A stretch of DNA of 64,000 nucleotides, taken from contig LIUI01000155.1 of NCBI GenBank assembly GCA_001462235.1, forward strand, positions 1,766-65,765. The letters are read 5' to 3'. Every line of letters starts with the position of its first letter. The first letter of the stretch is position 1. Of the stretch, positions 35,275-46,388 are shown piece by piece. The notes beneath the pieces are model-generated. The model had not been told where the DNA came from, did not search any database, and worked only from the letters and a program-made list of their open reading frames with translations. A program made the position numbers and the translations under genes. This stretch comes from Fibrobacteria bacterium GUT307. GTDB lineage: Bacteria; Fibrobacterota; Fibrobacteria; Fibrobacterales; Fibrobacteraceae.

Positions 35275-36339
35275 GTGAGAACATATCTTTTTTTATTTTC
35301 GCTTTTTTGCCTGTTTTTTGGCTCTTTTTGCTTTGCCCAAGATGGTTTTTCTTATTGGTGGCAGAGCGATGGGCTTATAGATTATATGCAAATGGAAGAA
35401 TTGGATGCCCTTAGCGGGGACCAAGAGTTGTGGTGCGCCTTGGCAGAGCTTTATGTTGGCAAGGAGGTGGCAGAAGAAGCGGAGTGCGTTTTTGAAAGGC
35501 CAAAGGAAGCAAAGGGAAAAAAATGGAAAACAACTGCAAATTTGAGCAGTGGGGCAAATTTGGATACAAATGGGAACTTGAAGAACAAGTTTGCAAAAGT
35601 CAGTGGCAGGGTAGGGGGATTTTATGCAAATGTTAATTTAAGGGAAAACAAGGATGTAAAGGGAACTGCGGCTTTTAGGCATGGGATTTTTTACGCAAAG
35701 GGCGGAGATTTAACTAGCAAAAACAGGGGAATTTTATCTGAATTCAATGTTGGCGATTTGCATTTGGGCGGTGAATGGCTTTTCAAAGAGGGCAGGGATT
35801 CCTCTTGGATTTATGGAAAATTCAGCAAAAATTTCTGGGAAAAGAGGATATACGCCGGCGGCAATTTTAGGATAGTAGAGCCGTATGCTCATGGAACCCG
35901 GCTTTGGAGCAGAACTTGGCAAGGCGTGCGGCTTGGTGATTTTAATTTTAAGGCAACGGAAATAGCTGTGGTAAAAGAAAGAGAAAATACCCTTGACTTT
36001 GCCTTTATTGCCGAGAGAAAGCGAAAAGGTGCAAGGCTTGCCTTTAATTGGGACAAAAACAAAAGCAGCATAAGCGCAGGAGTAAAACCCCTTTTGCAAG
36101 GCACAGACAGCTTGTGGGCAAAGGCAGAACACCCCTTGCGTTTGCGGAGCGGCTGGGACAAAAAAATGAAAAATGTGCGAGTTTCCAGTTCATTTTCATT
36201 CAGGGAAAATAAACCCCCAGAGTTCAGAAGCGAAAGCAAAATAAAAATTCCCCTGCCGTTTTCGCCGCTTTTAACCATAAGATGGACAATGAACAAAATG
36301 GACCTAAAGCAGTTTTATATAGGCTTGGCTATAAAGTGA
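35275..36339 (+). CDS. Hypothetical secreted/outer-membrane protein
   Basis: GTG start and signal peptide (LFSLFCLFFGSFCFA). An ECF-type promoter lies directly upstream. Confidence 0.5.
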   Translation: MRTYLFLFSLFCLFFGSFCFAQDGFSYWWQSDGLIDYMQMEELDALSGDQELWCALAELYVGKEVAEEAECVFERPKEAKGKKWKTTANLSSGANLDTNGNLKNKFAKVSGRVGGFYANVNLRENKDVKGTAAFRHGIFYAKGGDLTSKNRGILSEFNVGDLHLGGEWLFKEGRDSSWIYGKFSKNFWEKRIYAGGNFRIVEPYAHGTRLWSRTWQGVRLGDFNFKATEIAVVKERENTLDFAFIAERKRKGARLAFNWDKNKSSISAGVKPLLQGTDSLWAKAEHPLRLRSGWDKKMKNVRVSSSFSFRENKPPEFRSESKIKIPLPFSPLLTIRWTMNKMDLKQFYIGLAIK

Positions 36340-36387
36340 CGGAAGGCCGCCTATTTCTGGCACGATTTTTGCACATATCCCTATGAT

Positions 36388-37119
36388 ATGTCTATTAACG
36401 GAACAGATGGCTTAGGAATGCGTTTGCCAAACGCTTCTTCCGATGATGCTAAAAAATGGAAGGTCGCTCAGGATTTTGAAGCGATGTTCGTGCATCAAAT
36501 GCTAAAATCCATGCGAAATACCGTGCCAAAAGACAAAGATATGAGCACCGGCAGGCGTATTTTTACAGAAATGCTAGACGAACAAATTGCAAATAAGGCA
36601 AGCCAAACAGGGAGTTTTGGTCTTGCACAGATAATTTATAAAGAATTGGCCGGCAAAAACGCAGAAGATCCGCGAAAAATCATGGCTGCTCAAGGAGCAT
36701 ACGGAGCTACGCGGGCATCTGAAAATCAAATAGAAAAATGGATTACGGAAGCATCAGAAGCTATGAGCATGGATAAAAATTTGATAAGAGCCGTAATTCG
36801 CCAAGAGAGCAGCGGAAATTCCCTTGCCCGCTCCAATAAAGGAGCAAAAGGGCTTATGCAGCTCATGGATTCCACCGCAAAAGAATTAGGGGTTGCAAAT
36901 CCCTACAATGGTCGGCAAAATGTTATGGGCGGCGTAAAATACCTAAAACAACTTTTGACCAAGTACGATGGAGATGAAAGCAAAGCCCTAGCAGCTTACA
37001 ACGCAGGCCCTGGCGCAGTTGAGCAATACGGCGGAATCCCGCCTTTTGAAGAAACCCAGAACTATGTAAAAAATGTTCTTAAATACAAGGAAGAATTTTC
37101 TCAGGAGGAGGTATTATGA
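36388..37119 (+). CDS. flgJ: Flagellar rod-assembly protein FlgJ-like: rod-binding domain fused to SLT lytic transglycosylase
   Basis: Rod_binding motif (VAQDFEAMFVHQMLKSMR). SLT motifs (ESSGN, GLMQL, AYNAGPG). Confidence 0.75.
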   Translation: MSINGTDGLGMRLPNASSDDAKKWKVAQDFEAMFVHQMLKSMRNTVPKDKDMSTGRRIFTEMLDEQIANKASQTGSFGLAQIIYKELAGKNAEDPRKIMAAQGAYGATRASENQIEKWITEASEAMSMDKNLIRAVIRQESSGNSLARSNKGAKGLMQLMDSTAKELGVANPYNGRQNVMGGVKYLKQLLTKYDGDESKALAAYNAGPGAVEQYGGIPPFEETQNYVKNVLKYKEEFSQEEVL

Positions 37120-37649
37120 ACTCAGATAAGGAATCAAAGCAGGAATTTGATACTTTGGTAATGGTGCTTGGCAAAATGAAGGAGCAATATACTCTTTACA
37201 AGGAAGTTCTTGTAAAGCAACGTCACGCCATAATAGCCAATAATACCACCGTACTAACCGAGATTATAAGCGAGATAGAAAATATTACCGAGGGCATAAA
37301 CCGTCTGGAAACTCGCCGTATTTACAACACGGAAGTTTTGGCGCGTAATGCCAATTTAAAGCTAAAAACCATCCGGGAGATAGTTAAGGCATTTCCCGAA
37401 TTTGACGGCGAAAAACTGGAAAATGTTTCTGCAGAATTGAAAAAAGAGGCTTTGGAAGTAAAAAGAATATCAGACTCCAATACGGAACTTTTGGAAATTT
37501 CACGCAGCATAGTCAAAGAAACTATGAGAACCATAATGGTTCAAGATGTTGACCCTCGCGACCGAGCTTGGCGAACCTACGGCAACAGCGGTGCCTACGC
37601 CAGAACCGTGACCAGAGCACCTATACATTTGGTGAATAGGCAAGGGTAA
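37116..37649 (+). CDS. flgN: FlgN-like flagellar chaperone
   Basis: 177-aa helical protein directly after flgJ. N-terminal pattern (L...L..........L..Q..AI) resembles FlgN. Confidence 0.5.
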   Translation: MNSDKESKQEFDTLVMVLGKMKEQYTLYKEVLVKQRHAIIANNTTVLTEIISEIENITEGINRLETRRIYNTEVLARNANLKLKTIREIVKAFPEFDGEKLENVSAELKKEALEVKRISDSNTELLEISRSIVKETMRTIMVQDVDPRDRAWRTYGNSGAYARTVTRAPIHLVNRQG

Positions 37650-37654
37650 ATTTC

Positions 37655-37660
37655 TATATT
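37655..37660 (+). promoter_or_regulatory. -10 box 10 nt upstream of the cimA ATG
   Basis: AATTTCTATATTACCtcccttaATG. Confidence 0.45.
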
Positions 37661-37670
37661 ACCTCCCTTA

Positions 37671-39233
37671 ATGCTCATATCCCTTTACGATACCACATTA
37701 CGAGACGGCAACCAAGCCAGAGGCATAAACTTTTCTTTGAACGATAAAATTAGAATTGCGCATTTATTAAACGATTTTGGAGCGGACTATATTGAAGGAG
37801 GCTGGCCCAATAAAGGTAACCCAACCGATGAAGAATTTTTCAAGGCAATTCGCACAGAGAATATTTCAAATTCAAAAATAGCGGCATTTGGCAGCACCAG
37901 AAGGCCCAAAATCAAGGCAGAACAAGACCAAATATTGCAAGACCTTGTTAGGAGCGAGGCCCCAGTGAAAACCATATTCGGGAAATCTTGGGATATACAT
38001 GTAACAGAGGTAATCCATACCGAGTTAGAAGAAAATTTGGATATGATAAGTTCCTCTTTGGAATTCTTGAAAAAACATTCCGAAGAAGTTATTTACGATG
38101 CGGAGCATTTTTTTGACGGCTATAAGGCAAACCCGGAATATGCAATAAAAACCATAAAGAGGGCAGAACTAGGCGGTGCGGAGTGCATTGTTTTATGCGA
38201 TACAAACGGTGGGACTATGCCTTGGGAAATTGAGAAAATCCTAGGTGATGTTTTTAAGAATGTCAATTGCAAAATAGGAATACATTGCCATAACGATACA
38301 GGTTTGGCTGTTGCTAATTCACTCAGTGCCGTGAAGGTTGGCGCGGTTCAGGTGCAGGGTGTTATAAATGGTTATGGCGAGCGTTGCGGGAATGCAAATT
38401 TAATCACCATTGCCGCAGACCTCTGTTTGAAAATGGGCTATGAAATGAAATGCAAAAATAATTTGCCACGTCTCAGATATTTTAGCCTTGCTGTTGACGA
38501 AGTGGCAAATATGCAAAGCGATATTCGTGCGCCTTTTATAGGAGATACAGCTTTTGCGCATAAGGGCGGGGCACATATAGACGGCGTGTTGAAAATATCA
38601 AAGAGTTTTGAGCATATACAACCTGAACTTGTTGGCAATTCCAGAGAATTTATAACCAGCGACCAAGCAGGTGGGGCTTTGATAGCAGAAAAACTTTCAA
38701 AAATTTTGCCCGGAATTGATAAAAAATCCAAGGTAGTTGCAGAACTTTTGGAATGCGTTAAGCAAAAAGAAAATCAGGGTTTTGCCTTTGATACCGCCGC
38801 AGGCAGTTTTGAAATACTGGCTCGCCGCCACCTGGGGCTTTACCAAGACAAATTCAAAACGCTGGGCTATCGCGTTATAGAAGATATGGGCGAAGACGGT
38901 GTTCATGTTTCCGAGGCATCCGTTAAATTGCAAATTGGCGAAAAAATTATCCATGAAGTAAGCGAGGGGGATGGCCCCGTTAATGCTTTGGATTCTGCCC
39001 TTCGCAAGGCATTGATTGAGCATTTTCCGTGCATTGAATCCGTGAAATTGGACGATTACAAAGTGCGTGTTCTTGGAAGCAAAGTAGGGACGGATGCTTC
39101 TGTGCGAGTATGGATAACCTTTGGCAATAGCAAGGAAACTTGGCATACCGCAGGGGTTAGCACAAATATTATAGAGGCATCTTGGTTTGCCTTGCTCGAT
39201 GGTATTCATTATAGAATTATGAGGGATGGCTAA
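37671..39233 (+). CDS. cimA: Citramalate synthase
   Basis: LYDTTLRDGNQ, GADYIEGGWP.. and HCHND motifs. About 520 aa with C-terminal LeuA-dimer-like domain, as in CimA. Confidence 0.8.
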   Translation: MLISLYDTTLRDGNQARGINFSLNDKIRIAHLLNDFGADYIEGGWPNKGNPTDEEFFKAIRTENISNSKIAAFGSTRRPKIKAEQDQILQDLVRSEAPVKTIFGKSWDIHVTEVIHTELEENLDMISSSLEFLKKHSEEVIYDAEHFFDGYKANPEYAIKTIKRAELGGAECIVLCDTNGGTMPWEIEKILGDVFKNVNCKIGIHCHNDTGLAVANSLSAVKVGAVQVQGVINGYGERCGNANLITIAADLCLKMGYEMKCKNNLPRLRYFSLAVDEVANMQSDIRAPFIGDTAFAHKGGAHIDGVLKISKSFEHIQPELVGNSREFITSDQAGGALIAEKLSKILPGIDKKSKVVAELLECVKQKENQGFAFDTAAGSFEILARRHLGLYQDKFKTLGYRVIEDMGEDGVHVSEASVKLQIGEKIIHEVSEGDGPVNALDSALRKALIEHFPCIESVKLDDYKVRVLGSKVGTDASVRVWITFGNSKETWHTAGVSTNIIEASWFALLDGIHYRIMRDG

Positions 39234-39303
39234 ACAGTCCACACCACTCCTACATCTCCGGTTTTTCGGCGAATATAGGCAATAATATAGTTAAATTCTT
39301 ATA

Positions 39304-40443
39304 TTAAAATCCAATTTTCACAGACATATTCAATAAGCCATCCATTGGGCTTATGCCTTGCATAAGCGTGTAATAAATAGCTATGCCTGCATTAGAGATG
39401 CCCTGTTCCCAACCCAAACCATAAGCCAAAACCCTTTCCCAACCCCTAAAAGGCGGGTTATTCCTATAAATTCCGTTTTGCCCAAATACGTGCAAAGCCG
39501 AGTTTTTTAACCCGTGCCATTGAAAATCCACTTCCGAAAGCCCGTAAGCTCTTGTTCTAATGCTACGTGGCTGCAAACCTATAAAATCATTGCGGCCTCC
39601 TACAAAAAATAAATCCTCTTTTGCATAATTCTTTGCCGGCAACATTCCAAAACCTTTTGCTGCCAAAAGCATAGTCCAGTTTTCAAAAAAAGGTTGGTAA
39701 TATTCCCCGCTCAAACCCATTGCGGCAAATTTTGAAAACTCAGCAAATATCTCCGTAAACAAACCCTTGAAAGCCAGCGGAATTTTATCCCTGCTATCAA
39801 ATCCAAGCGAAAGGGAAGAAAATAATTTGTCGTTTTTATAGCCACCACCAACGGAATATTGCCATTCCCAGCCTAGCTTTTGAAAATATTTTATATCTGC
39901 ATTTCTTTGCCTGGTAGAATCGTATTCCAAAAATTCGCCATGAAGTTTTAGCGAGCCGCTCAAATCAAATATAAAAGGTTCTTTGTAAAATATTTCTGCC
40001 GAGCGATAATTCTTTGCATTTTCGCCGCCAAAAGAAAAATCCCTTGCCGTGCCGGCAATATTCATAAGCTGCACCATTACAAGCCCGTTAAAATCTCCGT
40101 TTTCTGCATTGTACGTAAAGGAAGCCTCTGCAAAATTTGCGGTTGCATCCGTTAAATCAAAAACCGGAACAATGCGATTTCTGTTTGCAATGCGGTAAAG
40201 TTTTGCTTCGCCGTTTTTTGAAAAATACCCTAGCCGGAGCAATGAACTTTCTGCCTTTTGGATTTGCGAGAGATCTGCAATGGTGCCGGGTTTTATCTGT
40301 GCCAGTTTTGCAAAGACGGCAGAATCTGTTTTGCCTTTTTTATATTGGACTGCCGCATTCCAAACCCAAGCTTCGTTGCTCTCTATGTGCAAAGGCATAG
40401 CATACAGCGCTACCGCCAAAACCCCGATTAACCAAACTCTCAA
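39304..40443 (-). CDS. Omp85/BamA-family-like outer-membrane protein
   Basis: Signal peptide, POTRA-like segment (LRLGYFS...), beta-barrel ending ..VKIGF. The TTG start lies inside a heptamer repeat, so the start is uncertain. Confidence 0.5.
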   Translation of the reverse strand: MRVWLIGVLAVALYAMPLHIESNEAWVWNAAVQYKKGKTDSAVFAKLAQIKPGTIADLSQIQKAESSLLRLGYFSKNGEAKLYRIANRNRIVPVFDLTDATANFAEASFTYNAENGDFNGLVMVQLMNIAGTARDFSFGGENAKNYRSAEIFYKEPFIFDLSGSLKLHGEFLEYDSTRQRNADIKYFQKLGWEWQYSVGGGYKNDKLFSSLSLGFDSRDKIPLAFKGLFTEIFAEFSKFAAMGLSGEYYQPFFENWTMLLAAKGFGMLPAKNYAKEDLFFVGGRNDFIGLQPRSIRTRAYGLSEVDFQWHGLKNSALHVFGQNGIYRNNPPFRGWERVLAYGLGWEQGISNAGIAIYYTLMQGISPMDGLLNMSVKIGF

Positions 40444-40466
40444 TTCTCAACTCTCAATTCTCAACT
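40439..40466. repeat. Heptanucleotide tandem repeat (CTCAAYT)x4 with degenerate flanks, between dapA stop and the Omp85-like start
   Basis: CTCAATT CTCAACT CTCAATT CTCAACT. Another CTCAACT at 40477-40483 supplies the dapA TGA. The TTG start (40441-40443) lies inside the array. Confidence 0.85.
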
Positions 40467-40477
40467 CCTACCAACTC

Positions 40478-41431
40478 TCAACTATATTTTAGCAAACTTT
40501 GAGCTTTTTCTTTAATTAACTTTTGAATACGCGTTTCTGCTTCGTCTCCGCGTTCTGTGTCTTTGACGCTTACTAAAGGCAGTAAAAGGGGGCTGTTGAA
40601 GAAACTTCCAAGAGGGATAGGGTTTTTACGGCAGAATACGGCTTCTACATAGTCGCGGGCATCGTCTTGCAACTTGTCGCATTCATCGGCTTTGCCTTTT
40701 TGGAAATTGTTGTAAAGATCTACGAAAATTTTTGCTGCTTCCGGGATGTTTGCCGTTGCGCTTATTAAACCGGTGCCGCCAAATTCCAGCATATCTATAA
40801 AGGCACCGTCTTCGCCGGATACAACTGTGAAGTCAAGGTTTTTGGTTTGCTCAATTATGCTTTTTGTGTCTTCGCAAAATTTTTCGCCAATGCGAAATTC
40901 AACGGCTTGTTTTAAGCCTATTATGTTTTTGTCTTCTGCGAGTTTTATTATTGTGTTGGGGTGCATGTAGTTTGCGGTGCGCCCCGGCACATTATACATT
41001 ACAATCTTTGCACCGGTTTCTCTGCTCAATGCTTTGAAGTGAGCGTAAATGCCCTCTTGAGGAGGTGTGTTGTAATAACCAGTAAGGCAAAGCATGGGAA
41101 CTTCGGCAATTTTCAAAACATCCTGTATTATTTCTATTGATTCTTTTGTGCTGTTAGAACCGGCACCTGCGATTATAGGCACCCTGCCATCTACATAGTC
41201 TAGCGTGAACTTTACAAAGTCCAAATGCTGCTCGGTGCTAAGGGTTGCGCTTTGCCCAGTTGTTCCCACAGGAGCAAAACCGTGAACACCTGCACCTATA
41301 AGGTCATCTATCATTTTTTTGGCTTTTTCGTAATCTATGGAATTATGCAAGCAACGAGGGTCATCGTTTTTCAAAGGGGTAAAAAGGGCAGGGAACACCC
41401 CGCGCAACTGTGAGGAAGTGGTAATTTGCAT
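40478..41431 (-). CDS. dapA: 4-hydroxy-tetrahydrodipicolinate synthase family protein
   Basis: FTPL, GTTGQS, GAGSNST and YN.P motifs of the DapA/NAL family. Confidence 0.8.
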   Translation of the reverse strand: MQITTSSQLRGVFPALFTPLKNDDPRCLHNSIDYEKAKKMIDDLIGAGVHGFAPVGTTGQSATLSTEQHLDFVKFTLDYVDGRVPIIAGAGSNSTKESIEIIQDVLKIAEVPMLCLTGYYNTPPQEGIYAHFKALSRETGAKIVMYNVPGRTANYMHPNTIIKLAEDKNIIGLKQAVEFRIGEKFCEDTKSIIEQTKNLDFTVVSGEDGAFIDMLEFGGTGLISATANIPEAAKIFVDLYNNFQKGKADECDKLQDDARDYVEAVFCRKNPIPLGSFFNSPLLLPLVSVKDTERGDEAETRIQKLIKEKAQSLLKYS

Positions 41432-41437
41432 GGGGGT

Positions 41438-41443
41438 AATGTA
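41438..41443 (-). promoter_or_regulatory. -10 box 6 nt upstream of the dapA ATG
   Basis: Minus strand: TTTTCTACATT-accccc-ATG. Confidence 0.5.
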
Positions 41444-41479
41444 GAAAATTTCTAAATTTCTTTTACAATAGGAGTTTAT

Positions 41480-44380
41480 ATGGCAAAAAGAGTTTATCTT
41501 TTCGGTAAAGGTATTACGGAAGGCAATGGTTCTCAGCGTAATTTGCTGGGTGGCAAGGGCGCAGGGTTGGCAGAGATGGCAAAAAGGGGCTTTAATGTTC
41601 CACCGGGATTTACAATAACCACAGAAGTTTGCACTGAGTATTATGCAAACAAGCGTAAAATGCCGGTTGGTTTAGATGCAGAGATTAAAAAAGCTATTAC
41701 CACAATAGAAAAGCAAACCGGAAAACAATTTGGCGGGAGCATGAACCCTCTTTTGGTGGCAGTTCGCTCCGGTGCAAGAGAATCCATGCCCGGCATGATG
41801 GATACAATTTTGAATTTGGGCTTGAACGATATTACCGTAGAAGTGCTTAAAGCAAAGAGCAATAACGGGCGTTTTGCCTACGATTCTTACCGCCGCTTTA
41901 TACAAATGTATTCCGGGGTGGTTTTGCACATTGAGCGGGCAAGCGAAAACGAGCACGACCCTTTTGAGGTGATTTTAACAGATGCACGCAATAAAAGAGG
42001 CGTTGCACACGATAATCAGCTTCCCGAAGAGGACTTGAAAAGCATAATTGAAAAATTCAAAAAATTAGTTTTGGAAAAAACAGGAAAAGCTTTCCCAAGC
42101 GACCCTTACAAGCAACTGGATGGTGCAATAGGAGCCGTCTTTGCCAGTTGGATGAACGACCGTGCCATCCTTTACCGCCGCAAATATAAAATCCCGGAAG
42201 AATGGGGGACTGCTGTAAATGTTCAATCAATGGTATTCGGCAATTTGGGAGATAGTTCGGGAACAGGCGTTGCTTTTACCCGCAACCCTGCCACCGGAGA
42301 AAATGAATTCTACGGCGAATTTTTGGTAAATGCTCAGGGCGAAGACGTGGTTGCAGGCATTCGCACGCCGCTTAAAATTTCTGCAATGGCAACTACCTTG
42401 CATTTGGAGCATTGTTACAAGGAATTATGCGAAGTTCGCAAACAGTTGGAAAAAGAATTTGGAGATATGCAGGATTTTGAATTTACCATAGAAGATGCCA
42501 AACTGTATATGCTTCAAACCAGAAACGGCAAACGCACCGCAAGAGCCTACGTAAAAATAGCTCACGATATGGTAAAGCAAAACCTTATGACCCAAGAACA
42601 CGCAATTGCAAGCGCAGATCCAGAAGCCTTAGAACAGTTGCTAGCCCCTGTGTTCGATAGAGATGCTTACCAAAAAGCCATCATGGAAAAATGCCTGCTC
42701 ACAAAGGGTTTGCCTGCTGGCCCCGGTGCCGCTACCGGCACCTTGGCATTTACCGCAGAAAAAGCGGAACGCTGGGCAACTCACGGGCCTGTGGTTTTAG
42801 CCAGGGTAGAAACCAGCCCGGAAGATTTGCGGGGAATGATCGCTGCAAGCGGAATAGTCACCGCAAAAGGCGGAGTATCCAGCCACGCTGCTGTGGTTGC
42901 AAGGCAAATGGGCAAAGTTTGCGTTGTGGGTGCCTCGGATATGGATATCAACTACAATACAGGCATTTTAACCTGCGGCGATAAAGTTATAAAGGAAGGC
43001 GAGTTTATTTCAATCAACGGTTCCACAGGCGAGGTTCTAAGCGGCAAAATAGATACCGCTCCCTCAGAGCTTATTCAGGTATTGATAGACAAAACCCTTG
43101 CGCCAAGAGATTCCGAGTTATTCGCAGATTACGACTTTATAATGAAACTCGCAGACAAATATCGCAAGCTAGGCATTCGCACCAACGCAGACCAGCCGGA
43201 GCAGGCGATAAACGCAGTGGCATTTGGAGCGGAGGGCATTGGTCTTTGCCGCACAGAGCACATGTTCTTTAAAGGGGACCGCATAGACCTTGTGCGTGAA
43301 ATGATAATTTTTGCCGCAGAATATGCAGAGTATAAAACAAAACTTGCGCAGCGCCCCGGCGATGCGGTTTTGCTGGAAAATGAATACCACATTCCAATTA
43401 GGCATTTTCGTTATGTTTTGGATAGGTTGCAGTCTATTCAGCAAGAGGATTTTGAAGGTTTGTTTATGGCTATGGGCGAACGCCCTGTTACCGTGCGCTA
43501 TCTTGACCCACCGCTGCACGAATTTTTGCCACACTCAAAAGACCAGATAGATGAGCTTGCTCGCAAACTTAACCTTCATTTTGTGCGTGTTTCGCAAACG
43601 GTTGCTTCACTTGAAGAATCCAACCCCATGCTAGGGCACAGAGGTTGCCGCCTTGGAATTGTATATCCGGAAATTTCAGAAATGCAAAGCCGTGCTTTGT
43701 TCCGTGCGGCTTTGACTGTTGCGGCAAAAAGCAAAAAGGATCCAAAGCCGGAGATTATGATTCCTCTTGTTGGTTTTGAAAGGGAACTTGAATTGCAGCT
43801 TGAAATTGTGCATAGAGTAGCAAAAGAGGAATTTGCCGCAGCCAAGCGTACCCTGGAATACAAGGTAGGGACTATGATTGAAATTCCAAGGGCTGCCATT
43901 ACCGCGGAGCAAATAGCAAAGCACGCAGAATTCTTCTCTTTTGGCACCAACGATTTAACGCAAACCACGCTTGGCATGAGCCGCGATGATGCGGGGCATT
44001 TCTTGCCTTTTTACGAAAAGGAAGCCGGCATTATAAAGAGCAATCCTTTTGCTACTTTGGATCAAGTTGGCGTTGGCAAACTTATGGAAATCGCCGTTCA
44101 GGGCGGCCGCATAACTCGCCCGAATATTAAGTTGGGAATTTGCGGAGAGCATGGCGGAGACCCGGCATCCATTGAATTTTGCAATGATTTGGGACTCAGC
44201 TATGTGAGCTGTTCGCCATTCAGAGTGCCGGTTGCAAGGATTGCAGCGGCAAAGTCTGCGGTAAAAGCTCTCCCCCTGGCAAAACCAAAAGCAACACAAA
44301 AAGCAACATCAAAACCTACTGTGAAAAAAGCCGTAAAGCCGGTAAAAAAGGTGGTTAAAGCTAAAGCCAAAAAGAAATGA
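41480..44380 (+). CDS. ppdK: Pyruvate, phosphate dikinase with Lys-rich C-terminal tail
   Basis: [10 protein letters not shown], phospho-His region [15 protein letters not shown] and [10 protein letters not shown]. Extra approx. 45-aa tail [38 protein letters not shown]. Confidence 0.92.
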   Translation: MAKRVYLFGKGITEGNGSQRNLLGGKGAGLAEMAKRGFNVPPGFTITTEVCTEYYANKRKMPVGLDAEIKKAITTIEKQTGKQFGGSMNPLLVAVRSGARESMPGMMDTILNLGLNDITVEVLKAKSNNGRFAYDSYRRFIQMYSGVVLHIERASENEHDPFEVILTDARNKRGVAHDNQLPEEDLKSIIEKFKKLVLEKTGKAFPSDPYKQLDGAIGAVFASWMNDRAILYRRKYKIPEEWGTAVNVQSMVFGNLGDSSGTGVAFTRNPATGENEFYGEFLVNAQGEDVVAGIRTPLKISAMATTLHLEHCYKELCEVRKQLEKEFGDMQDFEFTIEDAKLYMLQTRNGKRTARAYVKIAHDMVKQNLMTQEHAIASADPEALEQLLAPVFDRDAYQKAIMEKCLLTKGLPAGPGAATGTLAFTAEKAERWATHGPVVLARVETSPEDLRGMIAASGIVTAKGGVSSHAAVVARQMGKVCVVGASDMDINYNTGILTCGDKVIKEGEFISINGSTGEVLSGKIDTAPSELIQVLIDKTLAPRDSELFADYDFIMKLADKYRKLGIRTNADQPEQAINAVAFGAEGIGLCRTEHMFFKGDRIDLVREMIIFAAEYAEYKTKLAQRPGDAVLLENEYHIPIRHFRYVLDRLQSIQQEDFEGLFMAMGERPVTVRYLDPPLHEFLPHSKDQIDELARKLNLHFVRVSQTVASLEESNPMLGHRGCRLGIVYPEISEMQSRALFRAALTVAAKSKKDPKPEIMIPLVGFERELELQLEIVHRVAKEEFAAAKRTLEYKVGTMIEIPRAAITAEQIAKHAEFFSFGTNDLTQTTLGMSRDDAGHFLPFYEKEAGIIKSNPFATLDQVGVGKLMEIAVQGGRITRPNIKLGICGEHGGDPASIEFCNDLGLSYVSCSPFRVPVARIAAAKSAVKALPLAKPKATQKATSKPTVKKAVKPVKKVVKAKAKKK

Positions 44381-45489
44381 AAACTATTTACACCTTGGCT
44401 TCTCAATGCGGCCATTGGAACAATACCCAGCTCTTAAAGGAGTGCGGGTTAATTCCATTTGTGCTGCATAAAAATTTTGGCTATAAGGCGGTGATGGTTG
44501 GTGAAAATACGGGAAGTTATCCATACTTGGAAAATTTGCCCGGTTTGGAAATGGATTTTATTCCAAATTCAAATGGGGATATAAATACCCTGATAGATAA
44601 CCAAATAAACTATATAAATCAGAATTTTCAAAAAATGGATGCTTTGATAGTAAGAGGGCTTTATTATGCCACTTATAGCTTTTTGCTAGCTTATAAACAA
44701 AAGCGTAAGGATGGAAAGGTTTACCTCTATTTAGATGCAAATTCCGGATGGATGGACAAAATTCCATGGACTGTGCCAGAAATTTTTTACATGCTAAACG
44801 CTTGCGATGTTATTTCAACATCTTGTTGGAAAATGGCTAATTTTTTGAGCAAAAAATGGCCGGATTTTATTGTTGAGCATATTCCCAACGGATTCTACGG
44901 AAAGGTGTGGGAGGGAAATAGCCAAAAAGAAGATATAATCTTAACCGTAGGCCGCATAGGCACAGAACAAAAAGCAAACGATGTTCTTTTAAATGCTTTT
45001 GCTATTGTAGCAGATAAGCTCCCAAATTGGAAACTTCGCCTTGCCGGGCCAGTGGAAGGCAAATTCAGCAACTTTACGGACAATTATTTTAATAAATTTC
45101 CACATCTAAAAAAAAGGATTGAGTTTTTAGGCAATATCACAGACAAGGAAAAACTATATAGGGAATATGCCAAAGCTAAAATTTTTGCTTTAACTTCCAT
45201 AGTTGAAGGAGGTGCGCCGAATGTAACCGCAGAAGCGTTGTTCCATGGCTGTTACACAATAACCAGCAATGTAGATGCGGCAAACGATATTACAGACAAT
45301 GAAAATTGCGGCAGGATATTTCCCAAAGAAGATTCTAATGCTCTCGCAAAAGTTTTTTTAGAAGTTTGCTTGGATAAAAAACTTTTGCAAAATGCTCCGC
45401 AAAAATCAGTTCAATTTGCCAAAAGCCATTATGATTGGGATTTGATTGTAAATAGGATAAATTACTTGTTATTTGAGGTTACAAAATGA
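44377..45489 (+). CDS. Glycosyltransferase (GT4-like, GT-B fold)
   Basis: C-terminal E(x7)E-type region ([18 protein letters not shown]). Overlaps ppdK stop (ATGA). Confidence 0.6.
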   Translation: MKTIYTLASQCGHWNNTQLLKECGLIPFVLHKNFGYKAVMVGENTGSYPYLENLPGLEMDFIPNSNGDINTLIDNQINYINQNFQKMDALIVRGLYYATYSFLLAYKQKRKDGKVYLYLDANSGWMDKIPWTVPEIFYMLNACDVISTSCWKMANFLSKKWPDFIVEHIPNGFYGKVWEGNSQKEDIILTVGRIGTEQKANDVLLNAFAIVADKLPNWKLRLAGPVEGKFSNFTDNYFNKFPHLKKRIEFLGNITDKEKLYREYAKAKIFALTSIVEGGAPNVTAEALFHGCYTITSNVDAANDITDNENCGRIFPKEDSNALAKVFLEVCLDKKLLQNAPQKSVQFAKSHYDWDLIVNRINYLLFEVTK

Positions 45490-46388
45490 GAATTATCGGA
45501 GAAGGCTTTAATATTTACGCTTCGGAAACGGGCAAAAACAAAGACAAGCTATTGTTATCGCTAAAAGATAACACTGAAAATTTAAGCAGACTTCCTCTTG
45601 TAGATAGCTTGGCTTTTGGAACGGAATCCGTTTTTAGCATCTTTGATCAAATTGTAGGGGATTACGATAAACTTTCAAAAATTCCTAAAAATCCGCAGAG
45701 CCTTATTTGTATTTTGGAGGTTATAGGCAAGCTGGTAAAATGCTTGTGCCAAAAACATCGCCCTTATAATATTTTGGAACTGGGTGCAGAGCAAGGATTA
45801 CTGAGTTATTTTTTAACTTATGCAGCAAGAAATTTTAATGAAGAGAATATGGTGCATTGCGTTTCTGAAAATTTGCTCTGCAATGAATGGCTTTCGCTTT
45901 TGCTGGAATACGGCGATGTTGCAGAAAATTTGAATTTGCATATGACACAGTTGCAAACTTTATCTTTGCAGGAAAATTATTTTGATTTTTGTGTGTTAAA
46001 TAGTTCTGAAAATGAAGTTTTGAATAATGCTATTAGACTTTTAGCTGTAGGCGGAACTTTGGTTTTTATTGCACAAAACGGCAAGGTTATAGAGCAAAAA
46101 ATCACATTAAAAGAAAAGCAAGCCGCGTACGGGCAAAGCGGTGGCGCGGCAGTGGATTTGCAAAAAGAGGAGTTGAAAATTCTCTGGCAGCATACCGAGA
46201 AAAAACTTACGGAAATTGATAATATGGCAAAGGAAGATTTAAGCAGGATGGTAAAGGATTTGAGCTATCTGGAAAAATTGGCGGCAAAACTCTTTTGCAA
46301 AACAGAAGACATGGAATTGAAATACAAATTGAATCAGGCAAAGGAAAATGTTTTGAATAAACTATTTATTTCTAGTTTTAGGCTATGA
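45486..46388 (+). CDS. Hypothetical protein (weak class I methyltransferase-like motif)
   Basis: NILELGAEQG resembles SAM motif I. Otherwise unrecognised. Confidence 0.35.
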   Translation: MRIIGEGFNIYASETGKNKDKLLLSLKDNTENLSRLPLVDSLAFGTESVFSIFDQIVGDYDKLSKIPKNPQSLICILEVIGKLVKCLCQKHRPYNILELGAEQGLLSYFLTYAARNFNEENMVHCVSENLLCNEWLSLLLEYGDVAENLNLHMTQLQTLSLQENYFDFCVLNSSENEVLNNAIRLLAVGGTLVFIAQNGKVIEQKITLKEKQAAYGQSGGAAVDLQKEELKILWQHTEKKLTEIDNMAKEDLSRMVKDLSYLEKLAAKLFCKTEDMELKYKLNQAKENVLNKLFISSFRL

